Below, piece after piece: positions 12,495 through 25,637 of a DNA stretch of 64,000 nt. Source of the DNA: Octopus bimaculoides (Eukaryota). The stretch covers positions 106,344,778 to 106,408,777 of the forward strand of contig NC_068983.1 of NCBI RefSeq assembly GCF_001194135.2. The letters run 5' to 3'. The first letter of the stretch is position 1. Each line of letters begins with the position of its first letter. The notes below the pieces were generated by a model. The model did not search any database. It saw nothing but the letters and a program-made list of their open reading frames with translations, and was not told the DNA's origin. The translations under genes and the position numbers were made by a program.

Positions 12495-13000
12495 GGGTTG
12501 GTGTCCTCATCTTGATTATCATTTTCACTACGTTTTGGCTGTTGTACTCTCTAGCTTTTTTCAGGTATCTTGTGTTGTAATTGATTGTTCTATCAGAATT
12601 TCAAACCTAACCTTTTCTTTGATCCACTGGGTTACATACACTGCTCTCATTCCACTCTGTGCATTTCATGTTTTTTTTTTTTTTTTTTTTTTTCCTTTTC
12701 AGTTGAATTAAGTGAATTATCTACTTTGCTATACTCGCAGTAGATTAAGACATTGGTAAATGCAGTGCAGTCGTCTAGAGGTTCTGAGTTCAATCCCAGG
12801 CAAGACACTAAGGTAATTCACTTAATATTCAACTGAAGCAACAAAAAAACAAAAAAAAAAACAACATAAAACGCCATTACGTTTGAAACTGAGTTCAATA
12901 CAAGACACCCGATGAAAGCTAGAGTGTACAACAGCCGAAATGTAGTGAAAGTAACAACGAAGATGAGCACACGAGTCTGACGAATACACACAATACTCTC
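12495..13000. mobile_element. Related imperfect palindromic element with a central tRNA-like head and degenerate hammerhead motifs in both arms
   Basis: Arm motifs mirror each other (cactacgttttggctgttgtac at 12526-12547 vs gtacaacagccgaaatgtagtg at 12926-12947). Inner inverted repeat at 12698-12719 and 12814-12837; B-box-like gagttcaatccc at 12786-12797. Confidence 0.55.
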
Positions 13001-14217
13001 TTATCTTCTATTTTTAACATTATCACAGATTTTTATTTTGATTTCAGAGAACCAATCATTACCACTATGAAAATGCTAACAAAGGAGTAATCTAGGCTTG
13101 AAATACAGATCAAACCTCCCTCAATTTACACAATCATTCTAGAAAAGGACACGCAGGATAGTGTTGGCCTGGGTAAACCATACCTGGTGAAAAGATATGA
13201 TGGTCATAGCCGGGATGTCTTTGATCGTAGATTTGACCTGGGATAAACAACCTCCCAGTCAACTTTGGTCTTGGAATTGTTTCTACCAGGTGAAAGGCCA
13301 GAAAATTGAGAAGGAAGCTGATTGATTAAATCAACCCTACTAATTGTACTTTATTTGCAGAAAGATGAACGGAAAACGTTTAAGTGTTGGAACAAATACT
13401 GCAAGGCAATTTTTCTGACACTCTACCAATTCTGCCAGTCTGCTACTTTCTAGGCTTTATGATATAAAGGAAAAATATTAGTAGCAATGAATTATCGGCA
13501 GCTGACAGAGCTGAAGAAGCAGAGATTAAAATATATTAAGCTTTGATAAAATAGCTAACAGAAAAGTTGGTATTTTCTCAGCAATACATTATTTAGGCAA
13601 TCTGTAGTGTCCTAATTGTTGTTAAGTCTCTAGTTGTCTCTGATTGAGATCAGAGGTATTCCTGCTGTGATCATCATGCCTTTTTAGATGTATGAGGAGT
13701 ATGTTATACTGTACAGGGTGACCTTTTTTTTTTTACTTAAAACAGTAGGATGTGAGGGAATTGGCAGCTATTTCTAGCTGGTTGAGTGCTTGCATTGAAG
13801 CTCCTTTGCTGGTTTTATAGTACTGTAGTGGACTGTGGTGGTGATGAATTTAAGATAGAAAAACCTATTTCATATTACTAACTTTAGAATAGTTTCCTTA
13901 GCACATCGGGTGAAATGCTTAGCAGTATTTCACCTGTTTTCACGTTCTGAGTTCAATTGCCACTGGGGTCAACTTTGCCTTTCATCCTTTTGAGAGTCAA
14001 TGAAATAAGTACCAGTGAAACATTGGGGTTGATGTAAAAGACTAGTCCCCTCCCCAAAAATTTCAGGCCTTGTGCCAAAGCAGAAAGGATTATTATTATT
14101 AATACAATTATTAATTACTAGTTTTACTGTAGAAGAAATAAAATAGTAAATCTTACAACTAAAGAAATGAAAAGCATAAGATTATTGCAAAAATGATAAA
14201 TAGGGATAACTGCTTAC

Positions 14218-14375
14218 CTCGTATCTTGAGCAGAGCTTCTTGAGCAAGCCGGATGGGCTCTCTTAACACTAAAGTTTGATTCCAGCATACTAAATAGCCA
14301 TTGAAGATCAGGCTGAAGATTATTAAGATGGCCTCCACTAGCCACCAACGACTTTGATATACAGGTTTATCTCGG
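14218..14375 (-). CDS. TMEM94: TMEM94 coding exon 2 (RDKPVYQSRWWLVEAILIIFSLIFNGYLVCWNQTLVLREPIRLAQEALLKIR)
   Basis: ttttatatcag acceptor and G|gtaagc donor; 158 nt, phase 2 to phase 1. Encodes the second TM helix, aligning with human LVNASALFLLLLLNLVLIGRQDRLKRRE. Confidence 0.9.
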
Positions 14376-15223
14376 CTGATATAAAACAATAAAAATACAT
14401 AAACACTTAAGAGAAATAGCAGATAATGTTGAAGACAAAAGAATAAAACATGACATTCTAAAATAAAAAAAGTTCTAATTCTAGTTTTTAGCTGTTTCAT
14501 ATTCTGACTGTTAATCAGGGTACAGAATTTCTGTTTACATGCTTGGAAGCTGAGTAGATGAAGAATGGGCTCATAGGTGACAAAGACGATGATAGAATGA
14601 GGACATCAAAAACTGGGTGGGGAGGAGCCTGGCAAAGTGAATATCAGCAGTATGAGACTTGCAGTATGTGGTGAAGAGTAGTAATTGTGTTTTAAGCATT
14701 CAACCTTTACACAAGATGGGAAGAGTCATTCATTCATTAACTGTTTAGCATTCCAATTGCTTTGTGAAATGTGATGCTTATTTATTCACATTGTTTTGAA
14801 TTGACCATGCAGTATCTCATAGCTTTGAGATTTTGATGATGTGACTGTTTATTTTTAAAATGGCATTGTAGGGTAGGTGAGAGAGGCCAGATCTGGTTGA
14901 TCTGAAGATAAAACAGGCAGAATATTTTGGCCAGATTTGGCTGGTTTAAATGCTAAAGGGTTAATGTTAAGTTTAAGTTATTTACCCAAACCATATACCG
15001 TTGACTCACAGAATATTGGTACCCATGGGAAAAAAAGAAAAAGAAAGAAAAAAAGAGAACACCATTACTATCCCAATTCCATAGGATTGCTCATTCTAAA
15101 TACAGTAACCAAATTCTCACTCAAAATTACACTCCCACCTTAGAAAAAGGACTCTTTGAAATAATGTTGCTTGGTTGCAGCATATCTTGGGGAAAAAGTT
15201 GGTCATAGCTGGAATCTTCTTAA

Positions 15224-16916
15224 CCCTTTCGTTACTAACCCGGCCGTAGCCGGCCGAGCGTACCCATTGTTATTTAAATGTATATTTGAACCCAAATCTC
15301 GTTAGTACATTCGTTAAAACACCTGATTTCACTTTGCAAACAGTTGAATTATTGTCTCCAACATTGTTTGGCGTGATATTTGAATTCAGTGAATTTTGGA
15401 TGATTTTTTTCCACATTTTTTGCGGCGTTAATTTTTCTCAACTTTGAAGATGGAGAGGAGTTTCATGCTATCAAGCAGTGATTCCGAATTTGAAGGTTTT
15501 TCAACAGAAGATATGGAGATATCGAAGAAAAGAATGAATGAGCTACAAAAGCACGTGGTGAACGATAATAAATTGGATATTTCTGTATCCGAAACTGAAA
15601 TCAGTGATTCTGAAAGCAGCGACGGCGACAGCGAAGATGATTTTACACCAGAAAAATATTTTAAAAATATTTTTATTAACAATTTTTCTGAGGAAACAGG
15701 GTCTACCCATAGTCTTTCTCAGGAAGCGAAACCTTTAGACTTCTTTTCCATGCTTGTTTGAAATGATTACTGCGGAAACAAACCGTTACGCAGAATATAA
15801 ACAAACCGGAAAAAAAAGATAGCTTNNNNNNNNNNNNNNNNNNNNNNNNNNNNNNNNNNNNNNNNNNNNNNNNNNNNNNNNNNNNNNNNNNNNNNNNNNN
15901 NNNNNNNNNNNNNNNNNNNNNNNNNNNNNNNNNNNNNNNNNNNNNNNNNNNNNNNNNNNNNNNNNNNNNNNNNNNNNNNNNNNNNNNNNNNNNNNNNNNN
16001 NNNNNNNNNNNNNNNNNNNNNNNNNNNNNNNNNNNNNNNNNNNNNNNNNNNNNNNNNNNNNNNNNNNNNNNNNNNNNNNNNNNNNNNNNNNNNNNNNNNN
16101 NNNNNNNNNNNNNNNNNNNNNNNNNNNNNNNNNNNNNNNNNNNNNNNNNNNNNNNNNNNNNNNNNNNNNNNNNNNNNNNNNNNNNNNNNNNNNNNNNNNN
16201 NNNNNNNNNNNNNNNNNNNNNNNNNNNNNNNNNNNNNNNNNNNNNNNNNNNNNNNNNNNNNNNNNNNNNNNNNNNNNNNNNNNNNNNNNNNNNNNNNNNN
16301 NNNNNNNNNNNNNNNNNNNNNNNNNNNNNNNNNNNNNNNNNNNNNNNNNNNNNNNNNNNNNNNNNNNNNNNNNNNNNNNNNNNNNNNNNNNNNNNNNNNN
16401 NNNNNNNNNNNNNNNNNNNNNNNNNNNNNNNNNNNNNNNNNNNNNNNNNNNNNNNNNNNNNNNNNNNNNNNNNNNNNNNNNNNNNNNNNNNNNNNNNNNN
16501 NNNNNNNTTTTTTAAAGAAGACTAAGAGAAAAAGATGTTTTATATGACACATTCTACCAGTGTTCCAAGTTTCAAAGTGTTTCGTTAATGAAAAATGTGG
16601 CCCCCGTTTTAAAAAAGATCCATTTCCAGTATTATGAACGAGTACAATTTGTGAAGCTAAACCAATATTTACATGTGAGAGACACTAGCAGTACCCCCCA
16701 CCCCACCCAGTACGTGGAGAACTTAGAGACAAAAATTATGCAATAAAATTGATTAAGAACCCTTTCTTTAATTATGTTCCAAATACCACATTAATATGTT
16801 GATAAATAAAAAAGTTATAGGTGTTTAATGAGACTAGTCTAAATTCATGATTATTTTAGAATTTAATTGAAACTCATTAGGGGTGTATTTTGGTCAGAAA
16901 TATAGTAACGAAAGGG
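15224..16916 (+). mobile_element. piggyBac-family transposon, internally deleted and defective (680-N gap inside)
   Basis: TTAA on both sides and perfect 14-bp TIRs CCCTTTCGTTACTA. Acidic N-terminal ORF 15444-15761 ends KPLDFFS, with EMITAETNRYAE following in another frame (typical PGBD motifs). A degenerate Cys-rich tail (DTFYQCSK) lies near 16546. Confidence 0.88.
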
Positions 16917-17059
16917 TTAAACAACAAGTACAGTTGACTTGATTTTAATACTTCCTATGGAACTTCTAAAAAAATTAGTTTGTGCAAACACCTAACAAAG
17001 TGCTTAGCACTTAGTTGTTTGGAAGAAGTACTTGTATTTAGACATGGTTAAAGGGTAGA

Positions 17060-17392
17060 AACCCCCACCCCTTCGATCACGAATGACCATGGGATTGCAC
17101 CTAGAAAGTTCCCCTCTGAGGCACAAGTCTGGTCAAGGTTGTTTATGGAAGATCAGCGGTTGCCAATGCATACCAGTCTACCTTCTCCATGCCACCGATG
17201 TTATCCAAGGGAAAGGCAAAGGCTGATACAGCTTGGCACCAGTGACATCACATCTCATTTCTACAGCTGAGTGAACTGGAACAAATTGAAATAAAGTGTC
17301 TTGCTCAAGAACACAGCATACAACCCAGTCCAGGAATTGAACTCACTACCTTGTGATTGTGAGCCTAATGCTCTAGCTACTGACCATGCACC
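17060..17392 (-). mobile_element. tRNA-derived SINE family D with a CORE-like central domain; relatives at about 2215-2500 (-), 17480-17600 (+), 36660-36930 (-)
   Basis: tRNA-like head followed by CTTGAGCAAGACACTTTATTTCA...CCAGTTCACTCAGCTGTAGAAATGAG, resembling the CORE-SINE domain. Confidence 0.7.
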
Positions 17393-17821
17393 TTCAATGA
17401 GGTTATTCACCTAAATATTAACTTAGAATTTATGTTGCTTTAGCTTCCTTGATTTAAGGAGAATTATGTAAAGGCATATAGTGGTTAGGGGTTGGGCTCA
17501 TAATCATAAGTTCGATTCTTGGACTAGGCAGTACAGTGTGTCTTTGAGCAAAGCACTTCATTTTACATTGCTCCAGTCTACACAGCCCAAAATGAGTACT
17601 GACTGAGTGCTAGTGCAGCCCTCTTCCCGCCCCCTGCTTGTCACATCTGGAATGTTCTGTAGGATGAAATGTGGGGCAAAGACCTGTTAGAGTGTCTATG
17701 TCTGTTAGATAATTAAATTAAAATTAGATAATTAAAACACAGTGAAAGCATGGTCCATGCTACCAGGTCATGTTCATAAATGATGGCTATGTTTTTTTTT
17801 CTAAAACTATCAAAGAATTGT

Positions 17822-17938
17822 CACTTAATAGTAATAACTATTATGCACTTAATAGTGATAATTATTATGCACTTAATAGTGATAATTATTATGCACTTAA
17901 TAGTGATAATTATTATGCACTTATTAGTGATAATTATC
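17822..17938. repeat. 24-bp minisatellite (CACTTAATAGTGATAATTATTATG), about 4.8 units
   Basis: Direct tandem units visible in the sequence. Confidence 0.9.
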
Positions 17939-18447
17939 TTAAAAAGCTTTGTAATGTGTTAGAATTTCTCTGCAGGTGTCACAATGGTTGACAAATCTTT
18001 ACTCACCATGACTGGTGAGATTGATATAACAAACAAGCTTCACATACTAACTGGGCCATTCGTCCTTCCAGAGAGAGTCAATAAAATAAGTACCAGTCAG
18101 TTACTGGTACTTATTTTATTCACACACACACACACACACACACATCATCTTAGATGTTTTACCAAACTCCTCACCTGCATTACTCAATTTTTTTTTGTTT
18201 TTGTTTTCAAACATTTATAAAATGTGTGTACATTGCAATACTTCAAACGAGTTACAATCACAAACCTAATGTACTGCTTATTTTAATAACACTACCTGGT
18301 CCACAGATGTTTTTACCAGAGTTCATTCTATTGGAAGTAATTAGACTAGATCCCCAACATCACAGTCACATTATAATGACTAAAGCCAGTAAAAGAATAT
18401 GCAGGCCAATGTCCAAAGGTAAGAAGAAGGCTGGGGGATCTGATCTG

Positions 18448-18659
18448 CGAGGGGGTGCTGAAAAGTTTCTGGCTTTAAGGGTGTCGTGAAAGGCCTGGTT
18501 GGAGGCCTAACCTTTTGAATTCTTTCACAGAACTTAGACAAAACTGAAGGACCACTGCAATAAGTGTGTGAATCTGAGAGGGGGAATATGTTGAATAAAA
18601 TAACTGATCCACCTGTATTTTCTTTTACTCAAAGCCAGGAACTTTTCAGCAGCCCCTCA
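18448..18659. mobile_element. Mariner-derived MITE
   Basis: About 29-bp TIRs (CGAGGGGGTGCTGAAAAGTTTCTGGCTTT and AAAGCCAGGAACTTTTCAGCAGCCCCTCA), TA on the right flank, and an internal transposase C-terminal remnant (...GEYVE*). Confidence 0.8.
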
Positions 18660-20059
18660 TAAATGCTTTTAAAAGAGTGAACTCTGATAAAAACATCCAT
18701 GCATCAGGTGGTACTTTAAAACAAGCAGCATATTAGGCTCAATAAAATAAGTACTAGTAATTGACTGGGACTTGTTTTACTGAGCCTCTCTTGAAGGATG
18801 AATGGCTAATATGTGAAGCTTGGCATTTGCTATACGAGCCTCACCAGACAAGGTAAAGACTATGGATTCTGTCTATTCTCCACTGATTGACTCATAAGAA
18901 CAAGTCAAATCTGTTCTATGCTTTGTTTTAGCTGTAATTAGATTTCATAAATACAGAGAATGTTTTACTTCCAAAATGTATGAAGTATATGCAGGTATTT
19001 TGAAAATACCTCACAAAGTGATGATCATGCCCAGCACAGATTGCCCTTTGGCAAGGTAATAGCACCCATTTAGCCACCCTGCCAGGGATGCGGTGAAGTC
19101 ATAGGACTGCAGCATGGAGGATTGTGAAGAGGTAGTGGAAGAGCTCAACTGAGCCGATGGTGCTTCTTATGTTGTTGCTGAATGGAGGAATCCTAGAAGA
19201 TCAAGCCTTCAGGATTACCAAGATCTATTAAGAGAGTAACTGCAACACATCCATAGGGGTGGTGTCCATGGCTGTATAATCAGCTAATGAAAGATTTGCT
19301 ATAACTCAAGCTCCCAATTCAAATTCATTATAATGGAGTTGGATGGCAACAAAGAGTCATGGGAATCTGCAAAAGCAGCACGACTGGAAAGAGATATGTA
19401 TGTGAGATGTGAAAAATGAGTATATTTGGGTTAATTCCTTTTACTATTGCTATATTTGATGCTGTAGTTCTCTACTGCATAATAAATGAAATGAGAAATA
19501 GATAAACTTTAAAAACAAGTACTTCTCTAGTACATTGATTTCTCACAACAGAATGGGATTGAGTTATTGAACTCCAGCATTTGACTGGTAATTATTTTAT
19601 TAATTCCAGATTAAAGGAAAGACAAAAAAAAAAAGGCTGACCAAGATTTGAAACCAGAATAAAAAATCATGTAATAACATGTTGCAAGACATCTAGCCTG
19701 GCATAACAGATTTCCCTGAACCACCCTTATTTCTCTAATATAGGAGATGTGGGAAAGTTCCCTAACTGTATGTCCTGGATGAGCATTAGCAATCAGCCTG
19801 TTGAGTCAGTCGACAAAAAAAGGTTTCATGCTACCTATTAATGTTCAATTTGTGTTTCTAGGGCAGTGTCAGTTCAAGACAATAAGAATTCACAGTGAAG
19901 AATCTGCAGCAAAATATCAAAACATGAGGAATAATGAAATCCCTTATTTGAATAATAGTTAAGGGGTTGGCAACAAGAAGAGCATTCGATCATAAAACCT
20001 TTCCTCAAATTACACTCCTTTGAAACCCATGCTAACATAGGAAAACAGACATTAAACAA

Positions 20060-20420
20060 ATGGATGATCTACAAGAACCATTGTCAAACAAACTATCAGT
20101 TCTCTCACATGACTGGAATCATTTATGGTGTTTGTTATGCAATTCTCACAGAAAACCTGTACATGCATCATGCTGATGCAAAGTTTTATCCCTGTATTTG
20201 CCTGATCTATTGCCCATATTACTTCGCCATGTTTCCCCAGAATGAAACTGAAGCTACACTGAAGGAGTAGATGAAATTCAAATGGAATTGCAGGCAGTAT
20301 TAAATGGCTTTCAATAAAAGGATTTCTGTGATGCTTTGAGATGTGGAAGCTATGCTGGGATTGCAACACACATTCTCAAGAGGATTATTTCAAAGGAGAC
20401 AATGTCCAAAATATAAATAA
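20060..20420 (+). pseudogene. C-terminal fragment of a mariner transposase
   Basis: Frame-shifted motifs PLYLPDL, VDEIQMELQAVLNGF*KDFCDA and HSQEDYFKGDN match mariner C-termini (SQGDYFEGD type). Confidence 0.65.
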
Positions 20421-21459
20421 TATATGAAATACATTATTTACTGGAGTATTGATGTATTTACCTTTAGGCCAGATTTGGAAACTTTCTGATACAATCTCAT
20501 ATTAATAATTGAATAGAATCCTATTAAGCCATTCCTGTAATCTTAAGGAAGGCCGAATTATATTAACAAAGCATTGTTAAAAAATCAAAAGCAACTCATT
20601 TCATTACAAGCTTTGTCATTAATAGTGTTAATAAATATAAGCAAAAATTGCTTTCACTATGTTGAATTAATCAACTAGTATTATCTTCTTGCAACAGTCA
20701 CAGAAAGCAAAACTTGTTTATACGTGAATAAATGAAGCGCTTTGTCCTCTAAAAAGAAACCTTTCTTTTCCAATCTTATAAAGAGATTAATCAAATTATC
20801 AAGCTCCATTGTATGTGCTTTTATTTACATTTTGTTTTGGCTTATTTTCAAGTGCCATACATACATTTCCTTCAAGTGAGTCAGGAATAGTAGTCAGATC
20901 TCACCTATAACATCCTGCCATCTTGAAAAAAAAAACAAAAAAAAAAACACTAGATAATGTTGTCTAAGGTTACTAGATAAACTATGTCCAAAATTATAAC
21001 AGGGTGGACAGCTAGAATGGTGGTGATCAAAGGGCTGCTCCATTAGAGCTGACCAGAGGTTAAACAATGATAGCAACAACATTTCCCCAGGGATATGGTT
21101 GAACCCCCAGCAGATTACTGCTACTCACGATGTCAACCTCTGCTCCATGGGTATTTGTTACTTATATCAATAAAGATAAACAAAGTGAACTAAAAATCAT
21201 GAGTTTACTTATCAGGATACCATACAGATATATAGCTGCTTTTTATCATATTTATGTTTATTTTTCATGCCAGCATGCATTGGATGAATACTTATTAGCT
21301 AGGCATTGTTTTTAAAGCTGGATGCCCTTCCTGTCACTGACCCTCACCTGTTCTTCAAGGGATTTTAAAATTCCAGTTGTGTTCATTTAGTGCAGAGCTG
21401 GTGGATGATATGCTGACAATGAACAACATTGTCTATTGCTCAGTGCAGAACATAAACAT

Positions 21460-21662
21460 TCACACTTACACACATATAGACATATGCACATATATATATG
21501 TATATATACATACATACACACAGAGACATATGCACACACACACACATATATACATACATACATACATACACAGACACATATGTATACATAAATACACATA
21601 TACATGCATGCACACATACATATACACACACAAATACACATGCATACATATACACACACATA
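21460..21662. repeat. Compound (AC)/(AT)/(ATAC) microsatellite, representative of many; others near 10669-10712, 22036-22092, 24790-24840, 30953-31020, 31684-31800, 32896-32930, 54930-55330, 56338-56378, 59690-59765, 63870-64000
   Basis: Simple repeats read directly. They explain the YIYI/HTHT/ERER ORFs in the ORF track. Confidence 0.95.
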
Positions 21663-24600
21663 CCATCATTTTAACATTCACTTTTCCATGCTTGCATGGG
21701 TCGGGCAGATTTTCTATAACTGGATGCCCTTCCTGTTGCTAACCCTCATTTGTTTCCAGACATTTTCCCCCAGAATACTGGAAATGAAGGATGCTGCTCA
21801 CATGTTGGTAACATTTGTTTATCACCATCATGAGATGTCTAGACATTGAGACAGTCACACACACACACATCTACACATATGGGTTTCTTTCAATTCCTGT
21901 CTATCAAATCTACTCACAAGGTTTTGATCAGCCCAGGGTTATAGTAGAATACACTTGTACAAGGTGCTATGCTGTGGGATTGAACATGAGATCTTCTGGT
22001 TGAGAATTAACCTTCTTACTACACAGCCATGCCTGCACACACACACACACACACACACATGGATAGATAGATAGATAGATAGATAGATAGACAAATGCGT
22101 ATATATAGATATATTTATACTAGACTACCTGTGACCTGTTGGGTCACTAGGAAACAGTTTCCCAGCAACAGAGTTTTGTTTCACGGGTTTTTTTTTCTTT
22201 TCCAGGTTATTTCTTCCCTTTCAGGATGAAGTTAAATTCGGAATATTTTCCCACTATGAACCATTTTGGGTATTTATACCCCCAAACCCCGAATATCTCA
22301 ATAATTGGATTTGGTTTGCAAGATTCTTTATGTGAGTTCGTATGTTGAAGCATATTTTAGGAAAATAAAAATAAGGAATAATGAAAATTTTAGGAAAATA
22401 AAAATAAGGAATAAGTGGAATTTTTACCTGTGAGTGTGTTAAATTATAAGGCACAAAAAGAAAATGACTCTCCCCAGACACAACAGAATTAATTCATAGT
22501 TATTTTCCCATTATGCTTCAGTTTGACTGGGTAACATTGCAAGCAAGATTCAAGCTGACTTTTAATATATTATAGATGACGAGCTCTGTAGAATTTCCAT
22601 CTCCCAAATTCACTCAAAGAATTGGTCAACCCAGAGCTACAGTAGTATGCACTTGAGCAAAAATGTCGCCAGGGGTACTGAATCCAAAATTATGACGTTC
22701 AGAAGTAAACTTCTTAACTACCCAGCCAAGCCTGCACATATAAGTGTGTGTGTGTGTGTGTGTGTGTGTGTATTTGTTAATTAAACACACACACACACAC
22801 ACTATATACTTGATCTTCACTTCAGCATCATCATCATCATCATCATTATTATTATTATTATCATCGTTATTTATTATTATTATTGAAGTGTTCTTTGTCT
22901 AAGCTCTTTGACAGAACTTAGACAAAGGACACTAAAATAATAATAAAGCTGAAGTGAAGACCAAGTATTTTAGTGTGTATGCTTAACTGGCAAAAATATG
23001 ACCAACCCCAAATACAATATCTGTTGCAATACACAATTTCAGTATCAGCAATCTTGCAAAACAAATACATAAATGTGTGTGTGTGCTTGTGTGTGTGTAT
23101 ATATATATATCTGGCTCATGTGCGTGCGACACATGAAATCTTTCGAGCGGGATCATTGCCAGTGCCCCTGGACTGNNNNNNNNNNNNNNNNNNNNNNNNN
23201 NNNNNNNNNNNNNNNNNNNNNNNNNNNNNNNNNNNNNNNNNNNNNNNNNNNNNNNNNNNNNNNNNNNNNNNNNNNCAAATATAAATACATATGTATACAT
23301 GTACATACATCTGTCTATACACACACAATTATAATGATTGAACTAGTGTCAATTTCATTATATGGAATTATCTATTCATTGAATTATAGTCAAAGTGAAT
23401 GAATACTCCATTGATAGGTGTAACAATGACATGATTTTCAGGGGAGGGAGAAAGAGAGAGAAGAAGAGAGTCAAATACAAGTCTTCGAAACACTGGTCCA
23501 GTCCATTTGATAGGACTCCACATTCACAAGGTTTGGGTTAATCAGTGGATCACCCAAAGTACCAGTCAGTGGGATTGAACATATACTGTGATTACAAACC
23601 AAACTTCTATTTTAACTACTTGACCATGCACTGAAAGTTCATATGGCAAACATAATACACACTGTATTTTCCATTTTTTGTTGCTGTTTCTTTTTCTCTG
23701 ATAAGGCATTCATGTAATGAACAGTATTATCATCAACATTTGACATCCATTCTCCATGCTGGTATGGGTTGGACAGCTTAACAGAAACTGGTTCCATAGT
23801 CAGTTTTGGCTTGGTTTCTACAGCTTCATGCCCTGCTTAATGCCAACCACTTTACAGAGTGTAGAGGGTGCTTTTTGCATGGCACCAGCACCCACACCAA
23901 TGTTTTATGTGAATCTGAATAATCTAGAACACTGACTGCACTTTTTCAGAAAGTGATCCGCAAAATTCATGGAAACTTTATGGACATCCAAATGTATATT
24001 TCATTTTTTATCATAGACTTACTTTGGTCAATGAACTGTGGCCATACTGGGGAACCCCTTCAAAGGATTCAGATTAACAAATCGACCCCAATGCTACTCT
24101 TTTTTAAATTTTAAGTCTGGTACTTTTGCTATATGGCTCTTTTGCTGAACCGCTAAGTTATGGGGATGTACAACAAAGCAACACTGATTGTCAAGCAGTG
24201 GAATGAGGACAAACACAAACTTACACACACACACACACACACAATGGGCTTCCACACAGTTTCTGCCTACCAAATTCAATCACTAAGTATTGACTGGCTC
24301 AGTGCAACAGTAGAAAACACTCATCCAAGGTGTTACATGGAATTGAATCTGAAACCATGTGTTGCAAAATGAGCTTCTTAACGATGGCAGTACCTATTTA
24401 ATTTTAATTGGTCTGTAACATATTAGGACATAAAACCTGCTGTGGATCACCAAAAGTTTGGTATTGACATCTGCTGTATATGTCTAATCAAGAATACATT
24501 ACAACTACCACCATTATCATCATTTTACATGTGCTTTCTATATGCTGGCATGAGTGAGACAGATCCAAACCATGAGATAATATGAGAGATAAAAAGTATA

Positions 24601-24795
24601 TGAATTAGGTATCTATAAATATAGCTATGGATAGGAGAGCTGAAATTCCAGAAACTACATAATAGAGTAAAATATTTTACCTCAGCACTAAGCCTAATAG
24701 TTTATTGGTAGTTTAGTGCTTGTAGCTGGATAAATGGCAATAAACCAGAAAACTAGAGACTAAAGTTTCTTTGCAGTATAAAGTTGTGGGGGGGG

Positions 24796-24844
<49 letters not shown>

Positions 24845-25417
24845 TAAAATAAATAGTTTTGCATCAATTAATATTGGTTTATGCAATATCTATTAGTTCC
24901 AGAACATTCTAAGTTATGTTATTAATGTGCTGTTATTAAATAGATTACTTGAAATGTTCAAGGGAAATATCAAATTACTTCATCAATGGATTGGATATAA
25001 ACTATCATTATCTCGACCATTACTGAAATAATGTTTTTCTTGTCTACAAAATGTTTTTTCTATTCCAGCATATAAGTAGGGTGCGAAAAATGATCTAGGA
25101 AATGCTGACCTTTTTGCATACTCTGAGGACAAATGTTTTTCACAGATATCCTTTTCTACCGTTAACATGGCTCAACTATGAAGTGGAGATTGCACCCTTG
25201 TTCAGCTAAGCAGACTGAGATGGAAAACACGTACTTGCTTATGGACATGACACAAACATCGATTGATCACTTGGCTTTTAATTTTATCTTATAGTCAGGA
25301 CAGAAGGTAGTACCCAGGGATTGTGGGAAGTGGGGAAGAAGATATCTTCAAACTAGAGAGCTGGTCTGAAAGTTTGCAACAGAGTGGACTTTGCTAAAGG
25401 TACCCAAGGTGCTAAGT

Positions 25418-25637
25418 CAGTGGTTCTCAACTATTGTCCATAGAAGATTTGTTAAAATTTATCTGCAATAAATTGGTTATCCTTCCACTATACACAAGAT
25501 ATTTTTTTTATACAATTCCTAATAATATTTAATTATAAAAATATAATAGGAGTTTTTAAACATTGAATGGCTAAGATGGTCCATTTGAATAAGACAGAAA
25601 TTAAAAGGGTCCATAAGTAAATGGTTGAGAAACGCAG
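25418..25637. mobile_element. hAT (Charlie-like) MITE; related longer copy at 59126-59467
   Basis: CAGTGGTTCTCAAC...GTTGAGAA termini and an 8-bp TSD TGCTAAGT/TGCTAGGT (7 of 8 match). Shares internal motifs with the 59-kb copy. Confidence 0.75.

Noticed and set aside
15767-16552. 261-aa ORF and the other X-rich ORFs (31194-31937, 50389-50877, 59544-59979, 22973-23402)
   Set aside because: Artefacts of reading through N gaps.
17822-17938. Regularly spaced 24-bp repeat as a possible CRISPR array
   Set aside because: The units are contiguous with no spacers and there are no cas genes; it is a eukaryotic minisatellite.
18990-19400. GC-richer stretch possibly encoding a LINE endonuclease fragment on the minus strand
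   Set aside because: Only vague motif resemblance (GHDH, HHP); too decayed to support a call.
21377-21849. Clusters of CV/YI/HT-rich ORFs here and at 30831, 54933-55525, 56246 and 57969-58331
   Set aside because: Translations of microsatellites, not genes.
24983-25168. 61-aa minus-strand ORF as an alternative TMEM94 exon
   Set aside because: No convincing flanking splice sites and no recognisable homology; coding exons 1 and 2 already join in phase.
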